A DNA stretch of 39,702 bases, from the NCBI GenBank assembly GCA_043826475.1, contig JBDRQG010000231.1, positions 1-39,702 on the forward strand. The letters run 5' to 3'. The stretch comes from a bacterium (GTDB lineage Bacteria > Zixibacteria > MSB-5A5 > GN15 > FEB-12). Numbering within the stretch: position 1 is the stretch's first letter; every line of letters starts with the position of its first letter. Below, in pieces: positions 8,276 through 16,580 of this stretch. A program made the position numbers and the translations under genes. Below the pieces are notes generated by a model. The model was not told where the DNA came from. It searched no databases and saw only the letters and a program-made list of their open reading frames with translations.

Positions 8276-8670
8276 ATCCGAAAACAATTATTTTCTCATG
8301 TAATTGGTCATCATATCCGGGACTGCAACTTTCTGAAAATACGCTCGAATCAGTTCCGGAAGACTACAAATTAATAATTAATATGTGCTCCGGCAGAATA
8401 TCACCGGAATTGATAATAGATGCGTTCAAAAATGGAGCCTGGGGAGTGATGATTGCGAGTTGTCCTACGGACAAATGCGAACACGATGGAAATTACAAAA
8501 CACGAAGAAGAGTATTGCTTTTAAAAAAGACTTTAGAACAATTTGGCATTGATGCGAATAGAATAATATTGGAGTGGATTGATAAAGATGAGTCTGCTAA
8601 ATTAAAAAAGGCAATTGATCAATTTGTTACTGAAATCAATAAATTGGGTCCCATTAATTTTTACGATTAG
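8272..8670 (+). CDS. mvhD: Second MvhD-like protein (variant Cys pattern)
   Basis: 132 aa. ATGA overlap with the upstream Fe-S gene. Aligns along its length with the 107-514 product (MCSGR, ASCPTDKCEHDGNYK, LEWID), but has CNWS instead of CKWC. Confidence 0.8.
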   Translation: MNPKTIIFSCNWSSYPGLQLSENTLESVPEDYKLIINMCSGRISPELIIDAFKNGAWGVMIASCPTDKCEHDGNYKTRRRVLLLKKTLEQFGIDANRIILEWIDKDESAKLKKAIDQFVTEINKLGPINFYD

Positions 8671-8866
8671 AAGAAGTGCGATCCCGGTAAAACTTGCTTT
8701 GCAATGCCGTTTGCTGTGCTTGTCGGAAAAGAAGGATTTATTGACCAATATATTAAATGAGGAAAATTAGGAATTTAGCTGCTTTTTAATTATTGGACCG
8801 TTTATTTCTGTAATTATTTAAATGTAAAGTTTAATAAGCAAAGCATTTAATTCCTTACATTTTTAT

Positions 8867-10798
8867 ATGCTTACAAAAATCAAACTCCGGTTAAAGTTAA
8901 TTCTGAGTTTTTTATCGGTTATTATTATCGTTGGTGTTACATCTACTTTAGTAGGTGTGCATTTGATTGCCGATAGAATAGTGAAACAAGCTCAGGAGAA
9001 GGTTGAATTAGACCTCAATTCAGCAAGAGAAGTATACAATGATAAAATCAGAGATGTTAGTACTTCTATACGTTTGACTGCTCCTCGGTTCTTTTTAAAA
9101 GATGCTGTCTTAAGGAATGACATAGCGAGATTGAAAAAAGAGTTAAGAAGGATAAGAGAAAGGGAATCATTAGATATACTTAATCTAACTGATAAAGATG
9201 GAAAAGTCATTGTTAGAGCTAGAAATCCTGTAATTTATGGAGATGATCAATCAGATGATGAACTTGTTATAGAAGCAATTAGTAAAAAAGAAGTGGTAGC
9301 CTCAACACTAATCATCCCAAGGGATGAATTATTGAAAGAGGGAGAGGATCTGGCCAAGCAAGCATACATAAAGCTTATCCAAACTCCCAAAGCCAAGCCG
9401 ATATCAGGGAGTGAAGAAACCTCAGGAATGATGATAATAGCAGCAGCCCCAATTTTGGATTACCATGGAAACCTAATCGGTATCTTATATGGGGGGAACC
9501 TGCTTAATAGAAATTATGAGATTGTTGATAAAATAAAAGATATAGTTTATAGAGGAGAAACGTATAAGGGAAAAGACATTGGCACTGCTACAATATTTCA
9601 GGGTGATTTACGCATTTCAACCAATGTAGAGAGAAAGGATGGGACAAGAGCTATAGGTACGCGAGTATCCGAAGAAGTGAACAACCAAGTTTTAGTAAAG
9701 GGTATGCCATGGTTTGACAGGGCATTTGTCGTTAATAATTGGTATATAACGGCGTACGAACCGATAAGAAACATCAAAGATGAAGTAATTGGCATTTTGT
9801 ATGTTGGAATACTTGAAGAGAAGTTCGTAGATATGAAAAGACAAACTATGTTGACATTTTTGGGTATAACATTTGCCGGAATTGTCATCGCTTTTGCTAT
9901 TTCGTGTCTTCTTGGAAATAGTATAACAAAGCCAATTCGGTTACTTGTTTCTGCTTCTAATAAATTTGCAAAAGGAGACCTGGACCATAGAGTTGAATAT
10001 AGGAATAAAGATGAGATTGGAGAATTGGAAACAGCATTTAATTATATGTTAGATTCAATAAAGGAGAGAGATGAGAGATTAAAGGAATATACTAAGCAGG
10101 AAATAATGAAGTCTGAAAGATTAGCTATGGTGGGGCAATTAGCCGCAGGTGTTGCCCATGAAATCAATAACCCTCTTGGAAGCATTTTGATATATAGTCA
10201 TCTTTTGTTAGAGGATTTGGAAAAAGAAGATCCCAGGAGAGAAAATCTTGAGAAAATAGTAAATCAAGCCACGCGTTGTAAGAAGATTGTAAAAGGATTA
10301 CTGGATTTTTCTCATCAAACTGAACCTGAGATAAAACCCTCTGATATAAATACGATAGTTACAGAGGTTTTAGCTCTTGTTGAAAGACAGGAAATGTTTC
10401 ATAATATAAAAGTAATAAAAAAATTATTACCAGACCTGCCTACTATTTTGCTTGATAAGAATCAGATACAGCAGGTACTTATGAATATTATTCTTAATGC
10501 TGCTGAGGCTATGGATGGACAGGGTAAGTTGACAGTTGAAACTTCCTCTGATGAAGAATATGCAAGAATAAAATTTACTGATACAGGATGTGGAATTTCA
10601 GAAGAGAATATGAAAAAGCTATTTCAACCATTTTTTAGTACTAAAGAGACAGGTCATGGAACAGGGCTCGGGCTATCAATAAGCTATGGAATTATCAGAA
10701 AGCATAATGGAAAGATAAATGTAAGCAGCGAAATTGGAGAGGGAAGCACTTTCACTATAGTTTTACCCATAAGAGAGAAGAACGACCCCAAAACATGA
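8867..10798 (+). CDS. Sensor histidine kinase: TM, extracytoplasmic Cache-like domain, TM, HAMP, HisKA, HATPase
   Basis: 643 aa. Hydrophobic segments near residues 10-35 and 327-350. H-box AAGVAHEINNPLG, N-box NIILNAAEAM, G-boxes DTGCGI and GTGLGLSIS. Confidence 0.85.
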   Translation: MLTKIKLRLKLILSFLSVIIIVGVTSTLVGVHLIADRIVKQAQEKVELDLNSAREVYNDKIRDVSTSIRLTAPRFFLKDAVLRNDIARLKKELRRIRERESLDILNLTDKDGKVIVRARNPVIYGDDQSDDELVIEAISKKEVVASTLIIPRDELLKEGEDLAKQAYIKLIQTPKAKPISGSEETSGMMIIAAAPILDYHGNLIGILYGGNLLNRNYEIVDKIKDIVYRGETYKGKDIGTATIFQGDLRISTNVERKDGTRAIGTRVSEEVNNQVLVKGMPWFDRAFVVNNWYITAYEPIRNIKDEVIGILYVGILEEKFVDMKRQTMLTFLGITFAGIVIAFAISCLLGNSITKPIRLLVSASNKFAKGDLDHRVEYRNKDEIGELETAFNYMLDSIKERDERLKEYTKQEIMKSERLAMVGQLAAGVAHEINNPLGSILIYSHLLLEDLEKEDPRRENLEKIVNQATRCKKIVKGLLDFSHQTEPEIKPSDINTIVTEVLALVERQEMFHNIKVIKKLLPDLPTILLDKNQIQQVLMNIILNAAEAMDGQGKLTVETSSDEEYARIKFTDTGCGISEENMKKLFQPFFSTKETGHGTGLGLSISYGIIRKHNGKINVSSEIGEGSTFTIVLPIREKNDPKT

Positions 10799-12126
10799 AA
10801 ATATTAGTTATTGATGATGAAGAATATACACGTGATTCCTGCCGCCAGATACTCTCAGGAAATAGATATCGTGTGACAGAAGCTAAGGATGGGTACGAAG
10901 GGCTTGATCTAATAAAAAAGGAATCTTTCGACACTGTAATCCTTGATTTGAAGATGCCTGGTCTGAGTGGAATGGATGTATTAAAGAGGATAAAAGAGAA
11001 TAATCCAGAAACTATCGTGATCGTTATTACGGGCTATGCTTCGATCGATTCGGCAGTGGCAGCTATGAAAAGCGGTGCCTATGATTTCCTTCCCAAACCA
11101 TTCACTCCAGACGAGCTTCGTGTGGTTGTCAAACGAGCATTAGAAAAAAGAAAATTGTTGATGGATAACTTATATCTACGACAGGAACTTAAGTCAAGTA
11201 CTGAATTAGATATGATTATTGGTCACAGTAAAGCTATACGCAAAATTCATGATCTGGTGCGGAAAGTAGGACCAACCGGTAGCACAGTTTTAATCAGCGG
11301 CGAGAGCGGTACAGGAAAAGAATTAGTATCCAGAGCCATACACAAACACAGTGCTCGCAGTAACAAGCCGTTTGTCACTGTCGATTGTAGTACTCTGGTC
11401 GAAAACCTTTTTGAGAGCGAGCTCTTTGGTCATGTGAAAGGTTCCTTTACCGGAGCAAATGCTACAAAGCATGGCCGCTTAGAACTGGCAAATGGCGGTA
11501 CGGTTTTCCTTGATGAAATCAGCAATATCGGTATCAGTTTACAAGCAAAACTACTACGATCTATCCAAGAAAGGGAGATCACCAAAGTCGGTAGTACTCA
11601 GGCTATCAAAATTGATGTCAGAATTATTGCTGCTACAAATAAAAATCTCCAGAAAGAAGTCAAAGAAGGGACATTCCGAGAGGATCTTTTCTATCGGTTG
11701 AGTGTAGTACCTATCCATTTACCCCCTTTGCGTGAACGAAAAGATGACATTCCTTTGTTATCTAATTACTTTATGAACAAATACAACAAAAAGAGAAGGA
11801 AATCCATTAAAGGCATTTCCGAACGTGCAATGAAGGCTCTCGTCAATTACGATTGGCCGGGAAACGTACGAGAACTGGAGAATGCCATTGAAAGAGCCGT
11901 GGTACTAACGGAAAATGAATTCATAGAGCCTTCCGATCTTTACTACTACGGCTTAAGTGCGGAAATTGAAGCCATTAAAGATCGGACCCTCGTTGATGTC
12001 GAAAAACAACACATCGAAAAAACTCTGAAAATGTTTAGTGGTCACAAAATAAAAACATCTAAAGCGTTAGGGATAGACCGGAAGACGCTACGGGCAAAAA
12101 TGAAAAAATACGGTATAGGCTCTTAA
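10795..12126 (+). CDS. Sigma-54-dependent response regulator (NtrC family: REC, AAA+, Fis-type HTH)
   Basis: 443 aa. ATGA overlap with the kinase gene. REC with DLKMPG. Walker A GESGTGKE, ESELFGH, GSFTGA (GAFTGA-loop variant), C-terminal HTH ALGIDRKTLRAKMKKYGI. Confidence 0.9.
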   Translation: MKILVIDDEEYTRDSCRQILSGNRYRVTEAKDGYEGLDLIKKESFDTVILDLKMPGLSGMDVLKRIKENNPETIVIVITGYASIDSAVAAMKSGAYDFLPKPFTPDELRVVVKRALEKRKLLMDNLYLRQELKSSTELDMIIGHSKAIRKIHDLVRKVGPTGSTVLISGESGTGKELVSRAIHKHSARSNKPFVTVDCSTLVENLFESELFGHVKGSFTGANATKHGRLELANGGTVFLDEISNIGISLQAKLLRSIQEREITKVGSTQAIKIDVRIIAATNKNLQKEVKEGTFREDLFYRLSVVPIHLPPLRERKDDIPLLSNYFMNKYNKKRRKSIKGISERAMKALVNYDWPGNVRELENAIERAVVLTENEFIEPSDLYYYGLSAEIEAIKDRTLVDVEKQHIEKTLKMFSGHKIKTSKALGIDRKTLRAKMKKYGIGS

Positions 12127-12475
12127 CCTGAAAATTTCATTAGCCACTAAGTAACCAAGACACAAAATATTAATAAAATTGAAAATTAATGATAATATTT
12201 AAAACCAATAAATAGAAACTGAGTTATTAATAATAATTTCTCTTATATTAATATTTCTTCGTGACTTATCCCGTAATGGATTCCTGTCTTTGTGACAGAA
12301 AATTCTGGTTAACAATAAATAGTAAGATGGGGCATAACTCCCCATAGATGGGATAAAATCCCCCGTTTTCCATGCCATAAGCGAATAACAACGACCTGAA
12401 TATAAATTTATAATCTCACTTAAAATTAACCTTTTAGGCATTATCCTGAGTGGTTTTTTTATTTAGGCAAAATTA

Positions 12476-12491
12476 TGGCATAAAGTTTGTG
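12476..12491 (+). promoter_or_regulatory. Candidate sigma-54 (-24/-12) promoter, TGGCAT-N5-TTGT
   Basis: TGGCATAAAGTTTGTG matches TGGCAC-N5-TTGC in GG..G spacing but lacks the -12 C. It lies between the sigma-54 activator gene and the tandem-REC / FHL-like genes. Confidence 0.35.
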
Positions 12492-12506
12492 AAATCTAAA
12501 AAAGAG

Positions 12507-13295
12507 ATGATGGATAAAAGTAAAAAAATTCTTGTTATTGATCCCGATGCCGGAATAAGAGAGGAGTATCTCTCTCTTTTCAATGGTGAAGATTATGAGT
12601 TGGAAATAAGTGCAGGGTTCACCAAAGCTATGGAAAAAATTAAGAATGTTCATTTTGATTGCATCATTATAGATACTCATTTGCCTGAGATCTTGGTTTA
12701 TGATGCGGTTCCTATTATAAAGACGATTTACCCGGAAGTTGAAGTAATTGTAACCACTGCCCAAAACAGCAGAGAATTGGAAACCAAGGTGCGAGAACAG
12801 GACATTTTCTATTATTATATAAAATCATTTGAAATGGAAGAGCTAAGGTTAGCGGTTAGTGATATATTCAAAAAATTGGGGAAAATAAAGGAGGTAAAAA
12901 AGATGAAACAACCACCATTGATTCTAATTGTTGATAATGACCCGGATTTTGTGAAAGCAACACGAACTATCTTGAAGACAAAGTCATATAAAGTGGAAAT
13001 CGCATATGACAGAAATGAAGCCATGGAAAAGATCAAACATCTCAAACCCGATTTGATCCTTCTGGATATTATGATGAAGGAAATAGACGATGGATTTACT
13101 ATATGTTATGATCTTAAGCATGATCCTGAGTTAAAAAATATTCCTGTATTTGCTATCTCCGGCATAACTGAAAAGACTGGGTTTAAGTTCTCTCCAAAAA
13201 CCGATGGTGAATATTTTGCGGCAGACGACTATGTAGAAAAGCCTATTGAAGCTGATGATTTGCTGAAAAGGATTGAGGCACTTCTTACAAAATGA
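12507..13295 (+). CDS. Tandem-receiver (REC-REC) response regulator with no output domain
   Basis: The ORF track starts at GTG 12450. I prefer ATG 12507 (MMDKSKKILVID) because the receiver fold begins there. Two REC domains carry acceptor Asp contexts IIIDTHLP and LLDIMM. Confidence 0.8.
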   Translation: MMDKSKKILVIDPDAGIREEYLSLFNGEDYELEISAGFTKAMEKIKNVHFDCIIIDTHLPEILVYDAVPIIKTIYPEVEVIVTTAQNSRELETKVREQDIFYYYIKSFEMEELRLAVSDIFKKLGKIKEVKKMKQPPLILIVDNDPDFVKATRTILKTKSYKVEIAYDRNEAMEKIKHLKPDLILLDIMMKEIDDGFTICYDLKHDPELKNIPVFAISGITEKTGFKFSPKTDGEYFAADDYVEKPIEADDLLKRIEALLTK

Positions 13296-13371
13296 AAAAT
13301 CCCGTCTGTTCTTTACTTGCAATAAGTTTTTCAGATTAGGAATTGAGAAAATAGAAATAGGATAATTAAGG

Positions 13372-15474
13372 ATGATAGATGTTTTGACTACATGTCCGTT
13401 TTGCGGCTGTGGCTGCGGGATGTATCTTCAAGTAGAAAGAGGAGCCGTCACAGGAATAACACCTTCTCAGAAACATCCCATTTCTCGAGGAAGATTGTGC
13501 GCCCGTGGCTGGCACTCCTATGAGTTTATTCAACACCCTGACCGATTGAAAAAACCACTAATACGACAAAACACAAAAAATGAAGGAGTAGAAAGGAAAG
13601 CTGTTCGAAACTCTCTACCCAATTTTAGGGAAGCTGAATGGGATGAGGTATTGGATCTTGTATCTAATAAGCTAACCGAAATTAAATCTAAATATGGAAG
13701 TGAATCTCTGAGTGTTATCTCTTCTGCAAAATGCACTAATGAAGATAATTATGTTCTAATGAAATTCGCCCGTGCCGTATTGAAAACCAATAATGTTGAT
13801 AATGGTGGTAACATCTACGATGCGGCTACTTTGCCTGGCTTAAGATCGGCTTTCAGTATAGGAGCAGGAACCAATTCTCTTAGTGAACTGGAACAAGCAA
13901 AAGTTATTTTTGTTATCGGTGCTGATCCTGCCCAAGTTCATCCCCAAGTGAGTGCCCGCATAATAAATGCCGTTACTAACGGTGCCAAACTCATTCTCAT
14001 TGATCATAGGAAAACGCACCTTTCTAAGTTCGCCCATCTATACCTCCAGCTTAAGCCAGGAACCTATGTTGGTTTCATTAATGGATTAATAAACACGATC
14101 TTCAGTGAAAGAATGATAGATATAGAAAAAGTTAAACAACTCACTTCCAACTTACCGGCTTTGAAGTGGAAAGTTAAAAAATACACACCAAATTATGTTG
14201 AAAAACTTTCAGGTGTTTCCCAAAAAGATATACATAAGGCTGCTGAAATTTACACACAAACAAAAAAGTCAATGATCGTTTACTCAACCGGACTCACCCA
14301 ACAAATTGCCGGGGTAGATAATGTCAAGGCGCTTGCCAATTTAGTAATCTTGACTCAGCATCTTGGAGAGCCTTCAAGTGGTATTCTTCCATTACTGGAA
14401 CAGAATAATGCCCAAGGGGTGGCTGATGTTGGAGGAATACCAGATTATTATTCAGGTTATCAATCTATTAAAGACAGTCAAGCAAAGAAAAAATTTGAAA
14501 AATCCTGGAACGTAAAATTACCGATAAATTCAGGTCTCTCTGTACTTGAAATGCTAACTCCGGGGAGACTTAAAGGGATGATTATCGTTGGTGAAAATCC
14601 ATTAATCACTGCTCCAGATGTTAAGAACGTGGAGCAAACCTTGAGGGATTTAGAGTTTCTCGTTGTCCAGGATATTTTTTTAACGGAGACTGCTGAATGT
14701 GCTGACGTAGTTCTACCCGCAGCTTGTTTTGCAGAGAAAGAGGGTACATTTACCAATACTGAAAGAAGAGTTCAACGAATCAGGAAAGCCGTAGATCCAC
14801 CAGGCGAAAGTAAACCCGACTGGATGATCATTACCCATTTGGCAAAGCATATGGGATATGCATTGAATTACTCCTCTCCAAAAGAAATTATGGAAGAAAT
14901 AGCTGCTTTAACTCCGATTTATGCCGGTATCAACTATGAGAGATTAGATGAAGAGTGGGGACTGCAGTGGCCTTGTCCGGATGTAAAGCATTCAGGGACT
15001 TCGATTTTACATTTAGGCTATTTTGATCGTCCCAAGGCTTATTTTTCATTAGTTGAACAGAATGGCTTGGAAAAGCCGCATTTCACACCGACAGAAGATA
15101 TTCCGTTATTAGAGCCGCCCGGAGAGGAGTATCCATTTACACTTACCACCGGGAGTTTGTATTATCAATGGCACAGCGGTACTATGACTCGGCGTTCGGC
15201 TACTCTCAGCCGTGAATTTCCCGAAGTATTCGCGGCAATAAATCCAAAGGATGCCGAACAACTTAAGATCCGAAATGGTGAACGTATTAGAGTTTTATCT
15301 CATCGTGGTGAGATCGAAACTGCTGCTCTGTTAACCGATATGGTTCAAGAAAAAACCATATTTATACCGCTTCACTACAAAGAAACTGCCACTAAGATGT
15401 TGATCAATCCAAGTGTTTTTGATAAAGCGAAAACTATTGAATTACTATGTGCTGTAAGAGTTGAAAAGCTATGA
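13372..15474 (+). CDS. FdhH-like molybdopterin (bis-MGD) oxidoreductase subunit lacking the canonical Sec/Cys active site
   Basis: 700 aa. N-terminal CPFCGCGCG...RLCARG 4Fe-4S motif, and collinear similarity to formate dehydrogenase H through to the C-terminal domain. Active-site loop reads NNVDNGGNIYDAATLPG. Confidence 0.8.
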   Translation: MIDVLTTCPFCGCGCGMYLQVERGAVTGITPSQKHPISRGRLCARGWHSYEFIQHPDRLKKPLIRQNTKNEGVERKAVRNSLPNFREAEWDEVLDLVSNKLTEIKSKYGSESLSVISSAKCTNEDNYVLMKFARAVLKTNNVDNGGNIYDAATLPGLRSAFSIGAGTNSLSELEQAKVIFVIGADPAQVHPQVSARIINAVTNGAKLILIDHRKTHLSKFAHLYLQLKPGTYVGFINGLINTIFSERMIDIEKVKQLTSNLPALKWKVKKYTPNYVEKLSGVSQKDIHKAAEIYTQTKKSMIVYSTGLTQQIAGVDNVKALANLVILTQHLGEPSSGILPLLEQNNAQGVADVGGIPDYYSGYQSIKDSQAKKKFEKSWNVKLPINSGLSVLEMLTPGRLKGMIIVGENPLITAPDVKNVEQTLRDLEFLVVQDIFLTETAECADVVLPAACFAEKEGTFTNTERRVQRIRKAVDPPGESKPDWMIITHLAKHMGYALNYSSPKEIMEEIAALTPIYAGINYERLDEEWGLQWPCPDVKHSGTSILHLGYFDRPKAYFSLVEQNGLEKPHFTPTEDIPLLEPPGEEYPFTLTTGSLYYQWHSGTMTRRSATLSREFPEVFAAINPKDAEQLKIRNGERIRVLSHRGEIETAALLTDMVQEKTIFIPLHYKETATKMLINPSVFDKAKTIELLCAVRVEKL

Positions 15475-16580
15475 GAGCAAACAAAGAAAAGGAACTAAGG
15501 ATTCTAAAGAGAAAGAACCTTTTTACTCTGATGTCCAGATTTCTAGAGGATAGAGAAGTAATTGCACCGATTAAGGGTCACGGCGGTGAGGTAATATTTT
15601 ACCCGATCGAGACCATCGAAGACGTGGCATGGGATTGGACTTATGTCAATACCGTATTACCGCCGAAGAGATTCTTCCTTCCTCAGACTGAGGAGCTATT
15701 TCATTATAAAAACCAAAACAAGGGCTATGAAATTACCCCAATCTATAACGATAGAGTTCGAATGATCTTTGGAATACGTCCTTGCGATGTCAATGCCCTT
15801 CTTTTTTTGGACAAATTCTTCGGTGGAGGTCCCATTGGCCGGCGAGCACCCGTGGCTGAGCCAGGCATTCTTCAGGATCGCTACTATGCAACCCGAAGAG
15901 CAAATACCTTCATTATTGCTTTCGGCTGCCATCAACCTGGAGAAAACTGTTTCTGCATCTGTTGTGACAGCGGACCATTCCTCAAAGAGGGCTTCGATCT
16001 ACAATTAACGCAATTAGGAGGAGATGAATACATTGTGGAATTAGGTTCAGCCAGAGGACTTAAGATTTTCTACGGACACGAAGATTTATTCCGATCGGCT
16101 ACCAATGCAGAAGAGAAAAGGCTAACCGTGATCAAGGACAAAGCAACTCAACAGTTTGGGAATACACGTGCTTACATCAGTAAAGCCATTCAAAAGATCA
16201 CCCAAAATCAAGTCCCTGATGAACTCTGGGAAAATCTGAGCGATCGCTGTCAAGATTGCGGAGGCTGTTCCTATGTTTGTCCTACCTGCTGCTGTTACAA
16301 TGTTGTGGATGTGCCTACAAACGAAAACGAGGGTATCAGGACAAGAACCTGGGATAGTTGTGCTTTTGCAGGTTTTACAAAGCTTGCAGGTGGTGATAAC
16401 CCACGCTCCGAGAAGAAAGATAGGTTGAAAAGACGATTTTTTCATAAACTGTCTTATCATTATATAGAAAAAAACGGGAGACATGGATGCGTCGGTTGTG
16501 GAAGGTGCATTAATACCTGTTTTGCCAATATAAGTATGCCAGATATCGCCGATAAAATCAGAAAAGGGATAACGAGTTGA
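15471..16580 (+). CDS. AsrA / sulfhydrogenase-beta (HydB)-like poly-Fe-S protein
   Basis: 369 aa. ATGA overlap upstream. RPCDVNAL, CFCICC, CQDCGGCSYVCPTCCCYN, NPRSEKKDRLKRRFFHK, CVGCGRCINTC. Confidence 0.75.
   Translation: MRANKEKELRILKRKNLFTLMSRFLEDREVIAPIKGHGGEVIFYPIETIEDVAWDWTYVNTVLPPKRFFLPQTEELFHYKNQNKGYEITPIYNDRVRMIFGIRPCDVNALLFLDKFFGGGPIGRRAPVAEPGILQDRYYATRRANTFIIAFGCHQPGENCFCICCDSGPFLKEGFDLQLTQLGGDEYIVELGSARGLKIFYGHEDLFRSATNAEEKRLTVIKDKATQQFGNTRAYISKAIQKITQNQVPDELWENLSDRCQDCGGCSYVCPTCCCYNVVDVPTNENEGIRTRTWDSCAFAGFTKLAGGDNPRSEKKDRLKRRFFHKLSYHYIEKNGRHGCVGCGRCINTCFANISMPDIADKIRKGITS

Noticed and set aside
12199-12441. 80-aa minus-strand ORF in the spacer after the sigma-54 activator gene
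   Set aside because: It has no RBS and no recognisable motif. It would be the only minus-strand gene in 40 kb, and it lies in an AT-rich region better explained as regulatory DNA.
12450-12506. GTG-initiated 19-codon extension of the tandem-REC gene
   Set aside because: The extension (MVFLFRQNYGIKFVKSKKE) precedes the receiver fold and contains the -24/-12-like motif. ATG 12507 is preferred, though not proven.
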